Assembly: GCA_964187785.1 (NCBI GenBank)
Contig: OZ076409.1
Coordinates: 76,262,001-76,326,000 of the forward strand
Direction: 5' to 3'
DNA length: 64,000 nt
Source: Amphiscolops sp. MND2022
Lineage: Eukaryota
Shown here: piece after piece, positions 63,301 through 64,000 of the stretch
Layout: the number at the start of each line of letters is the position of its first letter
Numbering within the stretch: position 1 is the stretch's first letter
The notes under the pieces: model-generated
What the model was told of the DNA's origin: nothing
What the model saw: only the letters and a program-made list of their open reading frames with translations
The model's database searches: none
Translations under genes and position numbers: made by a program

Positions 63301-64000
63301 GGAAATTTGGCGCATTTCGTCGACTTTTTTCGAAAACCCAGTCTATCTCTGCCGTTTTTTGCCCAGATTTTTTTCCAGGTCCTCGCCTAAAGGCCTCCCC
63401 TGGCCGGTTTACATCCCAAAAAAGCCATTTGGCCCTTTTGCCGCAGTTTCAGCGTTCCAGCGTTTCCCGAATAAAAGATAAATGACTTAGAATTTTTTCA
63501 AAAAATGTTCAAAAATTTTTTTTTTCAATTTCAGGCCTCCCAAAGTCAAGAAACTTCCACACAACTAGTATTGCAAGTGAATGCATGTGGAAAGTGCTTG
63601 AATAGACGAGGAAAATGAGCTATTATAAAACTCTGTAGCTTAACCTGACGTTGACTTATGACATTTTTAGTGTGAGCTTCCTATGTGCTAAAAAATTAAA
63701 AAACGTAAGTCTCTTTGAAAACAAATCGGAATACGTCCAGTCAACCCCAAAGCTGGTAAATTGCCGTTGTCTAGTGCAGCAACGCCATTTAGAGTCTTTT
63801 GACCCACTTTGATACCGTTTTGATACCGTCTTATTCATCCGATAGCACAAAACTGTTGCGTACATTCCATCTCCCCCTTTGTGGGGGAGATGAGAATGTA
63901 CCCGCTAAATGACACGCACAATGGCGCAATTTTATTTTTATACAATGTTTTCTAGGCTGTCGCGCAAGCCCACTAATATTTAGACTGGTTTCTTTCTCTT
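60351..64000 (+). mobile_element. Family O units (60351-61618, variant 61619-62900, partial 62901-64000)
   Basis: The 60351 and 62901 units are near-identical (offset about 2550). The middle unit is a related variant with a different right end. Confidence 0.8.

Larger units (their letters stand above)
1..64000 (+). repeat. Heterogeneous head-to-tail array of 34 Helitron-like units joined at CTAG|GTG
   Basis: Last G of CTAG at 1818, 3790, 5766, 7739, 9710, 11113, 12387, 13777, 15048, 18164, 19436, 33586, 34982, 38098, 39351, 40421, 41491, 42763, 44042, 45315, 46581, 47865, 49150, 51341, 52616, 53905, 55206, 56483, 57770, 59081, 60350, 61618, 62900. Each is followed by GTG[G/C], and similarity between related copies switches exactly at this heptamer. 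Confidence 0.93.

Noticed and set aside
1..64000. True integron with attC cassettes
   Set aside because: No tyrosine recombinase, no GTTRRRY/RYYYAAC architecture, and the units are non-coding. The resemblance is only organisational.

Overview
Eukaryotic DNA (GT-AG introns, probably an invertebrate animal; species not identifiable). The whole 64 kb is one uninterrupted head-to-tail array of 34 same-orientation units, the first and last truncated by the window. All 33 junctions I mapped read CTAG|GTG, with no intervening host DNA and no target-site duplication. The exact break point inside CTAGGTG cannot be fixed; I place it after CTAG. Thirty-three units are non-coding (complete ones 1.07-3.1 kb, most about 1.27 kb) and fall into many divergent, partly mosaic families in shuffled order. 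One unit (19437-33586, 14,150 bp) is an apparently intact autonomous Helitron-like rolling-circle element. It encodes a spliced SGNH/GDSL hydrolase, a 2383-aa Zn-finger/HUH Rep/PIF1-helicase/GIY-YIG protein and a spliced 388-aa protein of unknown function. The units share hairpins with compensatory changes, and the autonomous element carries about 12 copies of a covarying stem-loop motif. My best reading, which is inference, is a self-targeting rolling-circle transposon system that builds cassette-like arrays by inserting at its own end-to-end junction. The short ORFs in the repeats appear spurious.
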